64,000 nt of DNA from Anaeromyxobacteraceae bacterium (lineage in GTDB: Bacteria > Myxococcota > Myxococcia > Myxococcales > Anaeromyxobacteraceae). Positions 10,653 through 21,157 of this stretch are shown here, piece after piece. A program made the position numbers and the translations under genes. How positions within the stretch are numbered: the stretch's first letter is position 1; every line of letters starts with the position of its first letter. The stretch is from positions 2,144,001-2,208,000 of the forward strand of contig JASGHJ010000002.1 in assembly GCA_047602405.1 (NCBI GenBank), in the 5' to 3' direction. The notes beneath the pieces are model-generated. The model did not search any database. It worked only from the letters and a program-made list of their open reading frames with translations, and was not told the origin of the DNA.

Positions 10653-11513
10653 ATGCGGTCCCTCGCCCCGCTCGCGCTCACCGCCGGCCTCGCCGCCGCC
10701 TGGGCCGCCGCCCCCGCGCGCGCCGCCGGGCCGGGGTTCGAGGCGCTCGAGCCGGGGCTCGAGCTCGCGTCCTTCGAGGGCCCGACCGCGGACGGCGAGA
10801 TCACCGTCGCCCGCCTCGACCCGTACCGGTTCGAGCTCAAGCTCCTGGCCGCCACCATGCCCGGCGAGGGGACGCTGCGGAGCGCCCGGGCCTGGGCCTA
10901 CCGGGCGGGCGCCTCCGCGGCCATCAACGCCGCGATGTACCAGGAGGATCACCGCACCAGCGTCTCGCTCATGCGCACGCGCGAGCACGTGAACCAGCGG
11001 CGCGTCTCGAAGGACAAGGCCTTCCTCGCCTTCGATCCGGTGGTCTCCGGCGTCGCCCCCGCCCGGATCCTCGACCTGGAGTGCGATCCGCTCGGCCCGG
11101 CCGGGGAGGCCTACGGCGCGCTCGTCCAGTCCATCCGCCTCGTCTCCTGCCACCGGCGGAACGTCTGGGCGCCGTCCGACCGGCGCACCTCGGCCGCGGC
11201 GATCGGCGTCGACGGCGCGGGCCGGCTCCTCTTCGTCCACGCCCGGACGCCCTGGCCGGTCCACGAGCTCGTGAACCGGCTGCTCGCGCTGCCGATCGAT
11301 CTGCGCCAGGCGATGTACGTCGAGGGCGGCCCCGAGGCGCAGCTCTTCGTGCGCGGCGGACAGCGGGAGGTCGAGCTCACCGGGACCTGGGAGTCCGCGC
11401 CGGACGTGCGGCTCGAGGGCTGGCCGGTGCCGAACGTGATCGTCGCGGTCCGCCGGCCGGCGCCGCTGCCCCGGCCGCCGACGCCGGCGGTCAGCGCGCC
11501 CCGTGCACGGTGA
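10653..11513 (+). CDS. Phosphodiester glycosidase (NAGPA-like) family exported protein
   Basis: Signal peptide, [27 protein letters not shown]. Confidence 0.7.
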   Translation: MRSLAPLALTAGLAAAWAAAPARAAGPGFEALEPGLELASFEGPTADGEITVARLDPYRFELKLLAATMPGEGTLRSARAWAYRAGASAAINAAMYQEDHRTSVSLMRTREHVNQRRVSKDKAFLAFDPVVSGVAPARILDLECDPLGPAGEAYGALVQSIRLVSCHRRNVWAPSDRRTSAAAIGVDGAGRLLFVHARTPWPVHELVNRLLALPIDLRQAMYVEGGPEAQLFVRGGQREVELTGTWESAPDVRLEGWPVPNVIVAVRRPAPLPRPPTPAVSAPRAR

Positions 11514-13785
11514 AGCGGGCGGAGGCCTCCGGCGCCGCCGCGCCCGGCCTCCAGACCTCGACGGCGTGCCGCCCCGCCGCGAGCGCGAGCCGCTCCTGGA
11601 ACGGCGCGCGGAGCGGGACCGCGCGGCCGTCCACGCGGAGCTCGAGCCGGTCCACGCCCGCCGGCGCCGCGACCCGCACCGGCACGCCCTGGGCGCCGTC
11701 CGGGTAGCCCGCGTCCACGAGGAACTCGTCGCCGTCCGACGGGGAGAGGAGCCGCAGGGGACCACCCGCGGGCGCGAGCTCGCGCGCCGCGAGCCCCTCC
11801 GCCCGGGCCCAGCCGGCGTACTCCGGCCCGAGCGCGAGCCGCCCGCCGGGCCCGTGCATCGGGCAGGTCGCGCGGGGGGCCGTCCCGGGCAGGAACACCT
11901 CCTCCAGCGCGGCCGGGCACGAGGGCCCCGCGAGCGCCCCGGAGAGCGCGCAGACGTGCGCGTGATCGAACCTCGAGCGGTCGATGAGCGGCGCCGGGGC
12001 GATCCCCCGCATCGCGCGGACCATGATCCGCCGGAAGATCGGCCCCGCGCCGCTGATGCCCGAGACGCCCTGCATCGGCCGCCCGTCGAAGTTGCCGGCC
12101 CACACGGCGACCGTCCGCTCCGCCGTGAACCCCGCCGTCCAGTTGTCGACGTAGGCGCGGGAGGTGCCGGTCTTCGCCGCGACGGCGAACGGGAGCCGGA
12201 GCGCGTTGTGGAGCCCGAAGGCGGGCGCGCGCGCGGCCTCGTCGGAGAGGACGTCGGTGAGGAGCGCGACCGCGGGGGCGGGCAGGAAGCGCCCCGCGAC
12301 GGGCTCCCGGGCCGGCGTGAGCGCCCGCCCCGCGCCGTCCTTCGCGGCTCGGACCTCGACGAGCGGACCGAGCACGCCCCCGCGCGCGAGGCCCCGGTAG
12401 GCCCGGGCGAGCTCCCGGAGCGTCACGTCGCCGTTCCCGAGCACGACGCCGGCGCCGTAGCGGTCGGCGCTCGCGTCGAGCGAGGCGAAGCCGGCCGCCT
12501 TCAGGGTCTCGAGCACGGCGGCCGGGCCGAGGAGGTCGGCGAGCCGCACGGCCGCCACGTTGTAGCTGTTCTGGAGCGCGGCCCGCAGGCGCACCGGTCC
12601 GTGCTCGCGGCGGTCGTAGTTGTGCGGGACCCAGTCGCCGGTCGGCGTCGCGAGCCGGAGGTCCACGTCCGCGATCAGCGTCGCGGGCGTCAGGCCGCGG
12701 GCGAGGGCGAGGCCGTAGGCGAAGGGCTTCAGCGCCGAGCCCGGCTGCCGGCGCGCGCGCACGCCGTCGTTCTGGCCGAGCCGCTCCTCGTCGAGCCAGC
12801 CCGCCGAGCCGACGTAGGCGAGCACCTCGCCGGTGCGGTTGTCGACGACGAGGGCGGCGGCGTTGCCGAGGCGGGGATCGCCCGCGACCTCGCCCGCGAC
12901 GATGGCCTCCACGTCGGCCTGCAGCGCGGGGTCGAGGGTGGTCTCGACCTCGGCGGCCGCGTCGAGCCCGAGCTCGGGCAGGCGGGCCGCGAGCGCGTCC
13001 ACGAGGTGCGGCGCGCGGAAGGCGGTGGCGGCGGGGACGAGGTCGAGCGGGGCCTCGCCGGCGAGCCGCGCGGCGTCCGGCGCGAGGGCGCCACGGGACG
13101 CCATGCGCGCGAGGACCCCGAGCGCGCGCGCCCGCGCGACGGCCGGGCGGCGCCAGGGATCGCCGGCGGCCGGCCCCCGCGCGAGCCCGGCGAGCAGCGC
13201 CGCCTGGCCCGCGGAGAGCGCCGCGGCGGGGCGGTCGAAGTACGCGGCGGAGGCGGCCTCGACGCCGTACAGGCCGCGGCCGAGGGGGACACGGTCGAGG
13301 TACGCGCGGAGGATGGCCTCCTTCGGGAGGTGCGCCTCGAGGCGCAGCGCCCAGAGCGCCTCGCCGAGCTTGCCCGCGAGCGTGCGCCCGTGGGGTACGA
13401 GGGCCCGGGCGAGCTGCATCGTGATCGTGGAGGCGCCCGAGACGACCCGGCCGCTCCGGACGAGCTGCCCGAGGGCGCGGGTCGCGGCGAGCGGATCCAC
13501 GCCCGGGTGGCGATCGAAGCGGCCGTCCTCCGCGGCGAGGAAGGCAGCGCGGACGAGGGGCGGGACGGGCGCGCCGGGCGGCAGCGGCACCGAGCGGCCG
13601 TCGGCGCGCGAGGCCACCTCGCGCAGGAGCCGGCCGTCGCGGTCGGTGAAGCGGACCGCCGCGACGGGGCGGCGCTCGAGGAGGCCGTCCGGGAGCGGCG
13701 AGAGCACGAACGCTCCCAGCGCGGCCGCGACGAGCGCGGCCGCGACCCCGAGGGCCCGCAGGGCGAAGGCCGACCGCCTCCTCAC
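11491..13785 (-). CDS. pbpC: Penicillin-binding protein 1C
   Basis: AEDGRFDRHPGVD, SGASTITMQLAR, RQPGSALKPF, SYN, KTGTS; GTGA overlap with the upstream macroglobulin gene. Confidence 0.93.
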   Translation of the reverse strand: MRRRSAFALRALGVAAALVAAALGAFVLSPLPDGLLERRPVAAVRFTDRDGRLLREVASRADGRSVPLPPGAPVPPLVRAAFLAAEDGRFDRHPGVDPLAATRALGQLVRSGRVVSGASTITMQLARALVPHGRTLAGKLGEALWALRLEAHLPKEAILRAYLDRVPLGRGLYGVEAASAAYFDRPAAALSAGQAALLAGLARGPAAGDPWRRPAVARARALGVLARMASRGALAPDAARLAGEAPLDLVPAATAFRAPHLVDALAARLPELGLDAAAEVETTLDPALQADVEAIVAGEVAGDPRLGNAAALVVDNRTGEVLAYVGSAGWLDEERLGQNDGVRARRQPGSALKPFAYGLALARGLTPATLIADVDLRLATPTGDWVPHNYDRREHGPVRLRAALQNSYNVAAVRLADLLGPAAVLETLKAAGFASLDASADRYGAGVVLGNGDVTLRELARAYRGLARGGVLGPLVEVRAAKDGAGRALTPAREPVAGRFLPAPAVALLTDVLSDEAARAPAFGLHNALRLPFAVAAKTGTSRAYVDNWTAGFTAERTVAVWAGNFDGRPMQGVSGISGAGPIFRRIMVRAMRGIAPAPLIDRSRFDHAHVCALSGALAGPSCPAALEEVFLPGTAPRATCPMHGPGGRLALGPEYAGWARAEGLAARELAPAGGPLRLLSPSDGDEFLVDAGYPDGAQGVPVRVAAPAGVDRLELRVDGRAVPLRAPFQERLALAAGRHAVEVWRPGAAAPEASARFTVHGAR

Positions 13786-16700
13786 CGCTCCGCCACCTCG
13801 TCGTTCACCTTCACCGTGAACGTGCCGGCCTCCGACCGCCCGAACACCTCCGGCGAGTACATCTCCTCCGCGTACGCCGGCATGAGCACGAACGCGCCGG
13901 GCGTCGTCGCCCGGGCGACGAACGTGGCGACGTGGAGCCCCGGAGGCAGCCGGTCGGCGAAGAGCACGAGCCGCGCGTCGCGCCGCTCCTCGTGGTTGAA
14001 CGGGCTCCAGAAGCGGAAGCCCCAGGGATCGTCGGGCGCCTGGGCGTCCTCCGACTCCTCCTCGTAGCCCTCCTCCATCCCCTCCCCGTCGCCCCCGGGC
14101 GCCCGGCGGCCCGGGCCCGCCTGCGCGGTGGAGGCGAGCGAGGTGTCGACGATCTCGAGCCCGGACGGGACCGGCACCGAGATGGCCACGAAGTGCCGCT
14201 CCTGGGGCGTCCCGATGCGGACCTTCACCCGCACGAGGTCCCCCGCCTTCGCGCCGCGGACCTGGCCACCGCCCTCGTAGGGCTCGAACCAGCGCTGCAC
14301 GAAGAGCCCGCGCTCGAGCGCCTCGCGCGGCGGGGCCGCCGGCGCGTACCGGAACAGCGCGCCGTAGTAGAGGACGCCCGCCGCGCCGTCGCGCCGGAAC
14401 TCGAGCGGGAGCGGCCCGCCCTTCTGCGGCAGGTCCTTCATCTCGACGTGGGCGGTCCTCGGCTCGGTCGACCGCCCGTGGAACGGCGCCTCGGCGACGG
14501 TCTTCCCGCCGAGCACGACCTTGCCGTCGAAGTCCGGCGTCGCCTTCTCCTTCGTGCGCACGACCTCGGCGAGGGCCATGAGCGCGAACGCCGCCTCCTG
14601 CGTGTTCGAGAAGCGGCCGTTCGCGCGGCGCGCCTTCGCGAGGTACGCGGCGAGCTTGCCGACGTACGGGTGGTCGGGCGTCACGGTCGCGAGCGTCTGG
14701 AGCAGGATGCCGTTCGTGCGGACGTCGGAGGACCAGAGCGTGGCGTAGGTCCGCGGGTCCACCTCCTCGACGTGCGCCTCGGCGGGCGACTCCTTCACCT
14801 GATCGAGGACGCCCTGCAGGACCTTCCGCGCCTCGGCGCGGTTGCCGTTCCCGACGAACATCGCGTCGGCGAGCATGGCCTGCGAGAAGAGCGGCAGCTT
14901 CGCCCGGCCCGCCGCGAGCTCCGCGTAGTACGACGGCCGCGGCGCGCGGGTGCGGGCGAGCGCGTAGAGCGCGAAGACCCGGGTGGGCGGATCCGCGGTC
15001 CCGTGCTCCCAGCCGCAGCCCACCGGGCGGCCCGCGGCGACCGTGCCGCCCAGCCAGGCCTGGCCCCTGCGGAAGGCCTCGCCGTCCACCGGGTAGCCGA
15101 GCTCCGCCGCGCGTCCGAGCGCGAGCACCGCGTACGACGACGCCCAGGCGGCGCTGCACGCCGCCCCGGGCCAGTAGCCGAAGCCGCCGTCGGGGAGCTG
15201 CAGCGCCTCGATCTCCTTCACCGTCCGGCGCACCACCTCGTCCGGGTCGAGCGAGCCGCGCTGCCGCAGCGCCTCCTCGCCGAGGTACGCCTTCACCCAG
15301 GCCTCCGCGTCGGCGCCCGGCTCGTGGCCGAGCCCGAACGTGCCCTGGAGCTCGCGCAGCGCGATGAAGGGCACGAGCCGCGACGAGAGCTGCTCGAGGC
15401 AGCCGTAGGGGTAGTCGACGAGCTGGCGCAGGTTCTCGGAGAAGCCGCCGAGCGCGGTCGAGGCGAGGGTCACGTCGAGGCCGCCGAAGTCGGGCCGCAC
15501 GCCGCCCGGCGGCGCGAACGCCTCCTGGCGGGTGGCCGTGGTGTCGCCGTACACCGCGACCGCCTCCCTCGACACCGGGAGCTCGACCGGCAGCTTCGCC
15601 TCGACGCCGTCCCGCTCGCCGCCGCCCGCGACCGCGAAGCGCAGCACCGCCTGCCCGGGCGCCTCGGCCCGCAGCTTGAACCGCACCTCCTGCGGCCGGC
15701 CGCCCGCGAGCGTGACCTTCCGCGTGGCGTCGCCCTCGAGGACGAGCCCCGTCACGGAAGCCTCCACCGTCGCCTCGCCGATCTTCCCCGAAGGCGCGTG
15801 CACCACCACGCCCGCCTCGAACGCGTCGCCCACCCGGGCCACGCGCGGCAGGGCCGGGAGCGCCATGAGCGGCTTCGCGACCGAGACCTTCGCCTGCCCG
15901 CCACCCGCCCGGTCCTCCTTCGTGATCGCGACGGCCATGATGCGGAAGGTGGTCAGGTTGTCCGGGAGGTCGAAGGTGACCGTCGCCTTCCCGTCCGGGC
16001 CGGTCACGACCTCCGGCGCGAAGAGGACGGTGGTCTTGAAGTCGGAGCGGAACCCGCCGCCCTCCCCCGCGCCGCCGCCGCCGCCCGCCGACAGCCCCTT
16101 CTCGCCGTACTTCCGGCGCTCGACGAGGTGGATGAGCGGCTCGCCGAGGCGCACCGAGAGCCCGCGCGCCGGGTGGAGCAGCTCCACCGGGTCGGGCGCC
16201 TCGTAGCCGGTGAGCCGCAGCACGCCCTCGTCCACGGCCCAGGCGGTGACCTCCGCCACGGCGCCCTGCCCGCGGTGGTCCTTCACCTGGATCGCGACGG
16301 TCACCTTCTCCCGCGGCCGCCGCTCCGTCGCGTCGGGCACCACCGCGACCTCGAGGCGCTTCGACCGCCTCTCCACCTTGAGCTCGGCGTAGCCGACCTT
16401 CACCTCCGGGCGGCCCGGGTCGGCGCCCGCGTCGGCGGCGTCCGCCTTCACGGCCTGGCGGCCGCGCACCGCGACCACCGACACGAAGACGTTCGGGATC
16501 GCGTCCTCGCCGATCGGCACCTCCAGCGTCGCCGCGGCGCCCGCGAGCTTCACCCGCCTCGCCGAGCTCACGCCCTCGCGCTCGACCGTGAGGATCGCCT
16601 CGGCCTCGGGCCAGGGGCTCTTCACGAGCACGCGCGCGGTGTCCCCGGGCTCGTACCGCTGCCGGTCCGGCACGAGGTCGAGGCGCGAGGTGTCCCCGCG

Positions 16701-19670
16701 CTCCCAGGAGACCCAGCCGCTCCCGACCGCGTAGAAGGGCAGCTTCGTGGTCTGCTTGCGCCCCTTCTCGTCGGTGAGCGTCGCCTCGGCCACGTAGAGC
16801 CCGGGCTCCTTCGGCGTGAAGGCGCAGCCGGCGGGCGTGGCCGCGCTCCTGAGGGCGCAGCCGCCGACCTTCTCCTCCTTCACCTCGCTGTCCGTGTACC
16901 ACTCGCCGCCCGCGCCCTTCTTGCGGATCCACTTCCACTCGCGGCGCTTCACCTCGAGCGCCACGCCGAGCTGCTCGACGCGGTGGCCGCCGGGCGCGAC
17001 CGCCACCACCTCCAGCGTCCCGGCCTTGCCCGCCTCGGCGAAGCCGGCCTCCTTCCGCCGCACGCCGGCGTAGGCGCTCGCGGGGTGGACCGTGACCGCC
17101 GCCCGGTTCGCGAGCCGCTGCCGGTTCACGTCGGCGACCTCGGCCTCGAGCACGTACGACCAGGTCCGCCCGCCGGTCGCCTCGGCGGCCCCGGCGTTCA
17201 CCGCGAGCACGCCGGCGGCGTCGGTCTCCCCCTGGCCCGCGGCGGGCACGTCGCCGCTCGGCTCCGGCTCGCCGTCGTCCCAGCCCCAGACGTGCGCGCC
17301 GAAGCTGAAGGCCTCGTGACCGGGCGGCTGGAAGTCGAGCGTGGAGCGGGTGACCGCCCACCGGACCGCCGCGCCCGGCATCGCGCCGCCGAAGAGGTAC
17401 CGCGCGCGCACCTGGCCCGCGACCGCCTCGCCCGCGACGAGCGAGGCCGGGAGGCCCACCACGTCCACCTGGAACTGCGGCGCGCGGTACTCCTCGACCC
17501 GGAAGCTCGCGTCGTAGACGAGCTCGCCGCCCTCGCCCTGCACGGTGGCGTGCGCGGAGTAGGTGCCGAGGTCGGCGTCCGCCGGGACGGTGAGCTCGGC
17601 GGAGAAGGTGCCGAACCCGGTGAGCCGGGGCTCGAGCGCCGCGAGCGCCTTCCCGCGCGGGCCCGCGACCGCCACGGTCACCTTGCCGCGGGTCGGCGCC
17701 GAGAGCGCGCCGAGCCGCCGCTGCCGGACGAGCCCCTTCAGGTGGACCTTCTCGCCGGGCCGGTAGATGCCGCGCTCGGCGAAGAGGCCGCCCACGCCGC
17801 GCGGGGTCGCGCCGTCCCAGTCGATCGGCATGCCGAAGGCGGACGGGTCGATGCCCCCGGACCAGGACGCGAGCGTCACGCCGACGTCGTCGCCGACGCG
17901 CGCCGCCACGAGCGCGAACGGCGTGTCGCCGTTCCAGCCGCCCTTCGGGTCCCCCACGAGCGTGGCGAGCCCCGGGAGGCGGGCGAGGCCGTCGGCGTCG
18001 GTGGTCCCCGTCCAGCGCGAGGCGCCGTTCGCGCCGTGGAGCGCGAGGTCCGCGCCCTGGACGGGCTTGCCGTCGGAGAGCCGGGTCACCCACACGAGCC
18101 CGCTCGCGGCGCCGAGCTTCGCGTGCACCGCGAGGTCGGTCACCTGCCCCGCCACGGTGCGCCGCCAGCGCCAGGTCTCCTTCGGGAACGCGGCGCGGAG
18201 CTCCGGCGCGGCGAGCTCGAGCTTGAAGAGGCGGGCCCCGTGCGCGGCGACGAGCTCCCTCACCGGCACCGGCACCGTGCGGCTCCGGTTCCTCGTCGCG
18301 TGCACGTCGAGCACCCGCCGCTCGACGGGCGTCACCGAGAACCCGTCGCCCTCGCCGGGCGCGAGCGCGCGCGCCAGCCCCGCCGGATCGAGCGGCTCGA
18401 GCGCGACCTCGACCTTCTCGAGGTTCACGGTGCGCAGCGGCAGCGCGCCGTCGCCGCCGGCCTCGATGAGCGCCAGGTTCGAGCCCGCGTCGAGCTCGGG
18501 GGCGAGGTCGTCGGTGCGGACCGTGAAGGTCGCGGCCTGCGCGAGCGGCTGGCCGAAGGTGTCCTTCGTGCCCGCCGGGATCGTCAGCCGGTACTCGGTG
18601 CCCGGACGCCAGGCGCCGGGCAGGTTGAGGGTGCGGCCCGTCCCCTCGCGCAGGCCCCAGCCGCGATCGTCGGAGACCTCGTCCCAGGCGACGCCGGTCG
18701 CGGGCTCGACCTTCAGCCCCGCCTTCAGCGAGGCGGCGTCGATCGGGTTCGTCGCGACGAGCTGCAGGGGACCGTACGAGCACTCCGTCGAGTCCCAGGG
18801 GCACTTCTTGAGGGCGAGCACGCGGAACGCCCCGTGGGTCCGCGCCTGGAGCACCGGCCCGGCGGGCATGGTGAGCGGCCCCTCCTCGCCGGCGAGCTCC
18901 CCGGCGGCGGTGAGCTCGACGGCGGCGTCGAGGGGCAGCGGCGCCCTCGGCGTGAGGACGTACTGCACGCGGCGATCGGTGAGCCCCTCGGTCGGCGGCG
19001 GGCGCACCGCGTGGCGGCGGTCCGGCGGCTCCTTCTTCTGGAGCTGCGCCATCGGCGTCGCCTTCACGTCGAAGGCGACCGGGCTCCCGTTCGCGGTGAG
19101 CGTGAGCCGCGCCGCCACGTCCTTCACCGGCTGGTTCGCGACGAGCGTGATGGAGCCCTTCGGCTCGAGCCAGGCCCAGCCGTTCGCCGGCTCGGTGCGC
19201 TGGAACTCGGGGCGCGGCGTCTCGAAGGAGAACGTGAACGCGTCCGGGAGCGCGGCGCCGTCGACGGAGCGCACGCCCTTCGGCACCGTGACCGTGAACG
19301 CCGTCGCGTACGGCACGAGCCCCTTCGGCACGAACTCGACCGAGGTCGAGCCGAGCCAGCGCCAGGCGCCGGGCAGCGCCGGCGCGATTGTGATCCCGCG
19401 GGCCGGGTCGGCGTCGCCCTCGAGCGCGCCGAGCGCGACCATCGGCCGGGAGAAGGTGACGGTCGGCCGGACCTCGCCCATCATCGGCCCCTGCGGCCGC
19501 GCCGCGACGACGGAGAGCCCCGCCCCGGGCGCGCCCTCGGCGACCTGGAAGGTCGGCGGCGCCGGCAGCGGCTCGAGGGTCGGCTTCTTCGCGGAGGGCC
19601 TGCCGCACCCGCGGCCGCAAGCGGTCAGCGCGAGGGCGACGAGGGCGGCGGACGCGAGGCGACGGCGCAT
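13782..19670 (-). CDS. Bacterial alpha-2-macroglobulin lipoprotein
   Basis: Lipobox LTAC, YRPGE, VDEGVL, LPDNLTTFR, thioester YPYGCLEQ, AEEMYSPEVFGRS; next to pbpC. Confidence 0.95.
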   Translation of the reverse strand: MRRRLASAALVALALTACGRGCGRPSAKKPTLEPLPAPPTFQVAEGAPGAGLSVVAARPQGPMMGEVRPTVTFSRPMVALGALEGDADPARGITIAPALPGAWRWLGSTSVEFVPKGLVPYATAFTVTVPKGVRSVDGAALPDAFTFSFETPRPEFQRTEPANGWAWLEPKGSITLVANQPVKDVAARLTLTANGSPVAFDVKATPMAQLQKKEPPDRRHAVRPPPTEGLTDRRVQYVLTPRAPLPLDAAVELTAAGELAGEEGPLTMPAGPVLQARTHGAFRVLALKKCPWDSTECSYGPLQLVATNPIDAASLKAGLKVEPATGVAWDEVSDDRGWGLREGTGRTLNLPGAWRPGTEYRLTIPAGTKDTFGQPLAQAATFTVRTDDLAPELDAGSNLALIEAGGDGALPLRTVNLEKVEVALEPLDPAGLARALAPGEGDGFSVTPVERRVLDVHATRNRSRTVPVPVRELVAAHGARLFKLELAAPELRAAFPKETWRWRRTVAGQVTDLAVHAKLGAASGLVWVTRLSDGKPVQGADLALHGANGASRWTGTTDADGLARLPGLATLVGDPKGGWNGDTPFALVAARVGDDVGVTLASWSGGIDPSAFGMPIDWDGATPRGVGGLFAERGIYRPGEKVHLKGLVRQRRLGALSAPTRGKVTVAVAGPRGKALAALEPRLTGFGTFSAELTVPADADLGTYSAHATVQGEGGELVYDASFRVEEYRAPQFQVDVVGLPASLVAGEAVAGQVRARYLFGGAMPGAAVRWAVTRSTLDFQPPGHEAFSFGAHVWGWDDGEPEPSGDVPAAGQGETDAAGVLAVNAGAAEATGGRTWSYVLEAEVADVNRQRLANRAAVTVHPASAYAGVRRKEAGFAEAGKAGTLEVVAVAPGGHRVEQLGVALEVKRREWKWIRKKGAGGEWYTDSEVKEEKVGGCALRSAATPAGCAFTPKEPGLYVAEATLTDEKGRKQTTKLPFYAVGSGWVSWERGDTSRLDLVPDRQRYEPGDTARVLVKSPWPEAEAILTVEREGVSSARRVKLAGAAATLEVPIGEDAIPNVFVSVVAVRGRQAVKADAADAGADPGRPEVKVGYAELKVERRSKRLEVAVVPDATERRPREKVTVAIQVKDHRGQGAVAEVTAWAVDEGVLRLTGYEAPDPVELLHPARGLSVRLGEPLIHLVERRKYGEKGLSAGGGGGAGEGGGFRSDFKTTVLFAPEVVTGPDGKATVTFDLPDNLTTFRIMAVAITKEDRAGGGQAKVSVAKPLMALPALPRVARVGDAFEAGVVVHAPSGKIGEATVEASVTGLVLEGDATRKVTLAGGRPQEVRFKLRAEAPGQAVLRFAVAGGGERDGVEAKLPVELPVSREAVAVYGDTTATRQEAFAPPGGVRPDFGGLDVTLASTALGGFSENLRQLVDYPYGCLEQLSSRLVPFIALRELQGTFGLGHEPGADAEAWVKAYLGEEALRQRGSLDPDEVVRRTVKEIEALQLPDGGFGYWPGAACSAAWASSYAVLALGRAAELGYPVDGEAFRRGQAWLGGTVAAGRPVGCGWEHGTADPPTRVFALYALARTRAPRPSYYAELAAGRAKLPLFSQAMLADAMFVGNGNRAEARKVLQGVLDQVKESPAEAHVEEVDPRTYATLWSSDVRTNGILLQTLATVTPDHPYVGKLAAYLAKARRANGRFSNTQEAAFALMALAEVVRTKEKATPDFDGKVVLGGKTVAEAPFHGRSTEPRTAHVEMKDLPQKGGPLPLEFRRDGAAGVLYYGALFRYAPAAPPREALERGLFVQRWFEPYEGGGQVRGAKAGDLVRVKVRIGTPQERHFVAISVPVPSGLEIVDTSLASTAQAGPGRRAPGGDGEGMEEGYEEESEDAQAPDDPWGFRFWSPFNHEERRDARLVLFADRLPPGLHVATFVARATTPGAFVLMPAYAEEMYSPEVFGRSEAGTFTVKVNDEVAER

Positions 19671-19732
19671 GTTGTCTCCGGGTGCTGGGGACCCGGATCA
19701 CCGCACGGGGTGGACCCCGAGTTCAACGGGAT

Positions 19733-20314
19733 TCAGCGCCCTGCCCCGCCGAGGAGCGCGTCGCGCAGGCCGGCGTCGATGGGCCTGCGGCCGGTCCACA
19801 TGGAGAAGTAGACGCGGGCGAGGTCGGCGCCCGGCACGAGCGCGAGCGGGCGGCCGTTGAGGGTGAGCTCGGTGCCGCGGCCCGGGAGGTAGGTGAGCGC
19901 GTAGCGGTCGCCGGGCTTCACGTCGACGTAGGCCCGGGCGAGCGCGTCGAGCCGCTCGCGGAGCGGCGCCAGCACCGACTCCGGGTGCGCCTCGGCGAGG
20001 AGCTTCGCGGCCGCCCTCCCGAAGTCGGGCCCCTCGAGCCCGACGAAGTACTCGAGCTCGAGCCGCCTCGGCACGTCGGCCTCGGGATCCGGGGCCGCGC
20101 CCTCGCCAAAGTAGAAGGAGGCCGCGTAGACCTTCACGACCCACTTCCAGCGGAGCAGCCCCGTCCCGGCGAGCACGAACCGCTGCCCGCCGTGCTCGAG
20201 CGCCTCCGGGAACCGCGCCCGGCCGTCCACGACGACGTCGGCCCTGGCCGGCGCCGGGAGCCCGGCGGTGGCGAGGAGGAGGCAGCCGGCGGCGAGCGCC
20301 AGGGCGCGGTGCAT
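19733..20314 (-). CDS. Chalcone isomerase-like family protein
   Basis: Signal peptide; LAGTGLLR...VKVYAASFY, DVKPGDRY, FSMWTG.RP. Confidence 0.75.
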   Translation of the reverse strand: MHRALALAAGCLLLATAGLPAPARADVVVDGRARFPEALEHGGQRFVLAGTGLLRWKWVVKVYAASFYFGEGAAPDPEADVPRRLELEYFVGLEGPDFGRAAAKLLAEAHPESVLAPLRERLDALARAYVDVKPGDRYALTYLPGRGTELTLNGRPLALVPGADLARVYFSMWTGRRPIDAGLRDALLGGAGR

Positions 20315-20364
20315 GACCGGGGGTTCGGCCCGCCGACCGGCGGTGGATGCGCCCCCGACGGGGC

Positions 20365-21108
20365 CTACGGCGCGGTGAGGATGACGGGCGCCCCGCGCGT
20401 GACCACGAAGGTGTGCTCGTGGTGGGCGGTCAGGCTCCCGTCCGCGCTCGCGAGCGTCCAGCCGTCGCCGGTCTCGCGCGTGCGCCGCGCGCTCACCGAG
20501 ACGATGGGCTCGAGCGCGAGGACGAGCCCCGCGTGGACCCGGCCGGTGACGCGGCCGTCGCGGTGGTTGAGCACCGAGGGCTCCTCGTGGATGGCGCGCC
20601 CGACGCCGTGCCCGCAGACGTCGCGCACCACCTCGAAGCCTCGCCGCGCGACCTCGTCCTCGACCGCGCCGCCCACGTCGTACAGGCGGCGCCCGTGCCG
20701 CGCGGCCCGCGCGCCCTTCCAGAACGCCGCCTCGGCGCAGGCGACGAGCCGGGCCGCCTCCTCCGCGACGGGCGGCACGCCCACGGTCACGGCGGCGTCG
20801 GCGTAGAAGCCGTCGAGCTCCACCGTGACGTCGAGCGACACGAGGTCGCCGCGCCGGAGCACGCGCGCGCCCGGGATGCCGTGCACGGCCTCCTCGTTCA
20901 CGCTGATGCAGGTCGCGCCCGGGAAGGCGTAGGTGAGCCGCGGCGCGGAGCGGGCCCCGTGCGCGTCCATCACCCGGGCACCGATCGCGTCGAGCTCGGC
21001 GGTGGTGATGCCCTCGCGCACGGCCGCCCTCATGGCCTCGAGGACCTTCGCCACCACCTTGCCCGCCGCGCGGAGCCCCAGGAGCTCCTCCTCCGAGCCG
21101 ATCGACAT
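20365..21108 (-). CDS. map: Type I methionine aminopeptidase
   Basis: CISVNEEAVHGIP, DGFYAD, GHGVG..IHEEP, LEP, HHEHT. Confidence 0.95.
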   Translation of the reverse strand: MSIGSEEELLGLRAAGKVVAKVLEAMRAAVREGITTAELDAIGARVMDAHGARSAPRLTYAFPGATCISVNEEAVHGIPGARVLRRGDLVSLDVTVELDGFYADAAVTVGVPPVAEEAARLVACAEAAFWKGARAARHGRRLYDVGGAVEDEVARRGFEVVRDVCGHGVGRAIHEEPSVLNHRDGRVTGRVHAGLVLALEPIVSVSARRTRETGDGWTLASADGSLTAHHEHTFVVTRGAPVILTAP

Positions 21109-21157
21109 CCGGCGGTTGTAGCCCGTTCGGCTGGGCGGGCGCGAGGCTCCCGCGGGG

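Noticed and set aside
11491..19811. 2736-aa and 1959-aa ORFs
   Set aside because: These are shadow frames of the macroglobulin gene in high-GC DNA; only the last ~764 aa of the first (PbpC) is real.
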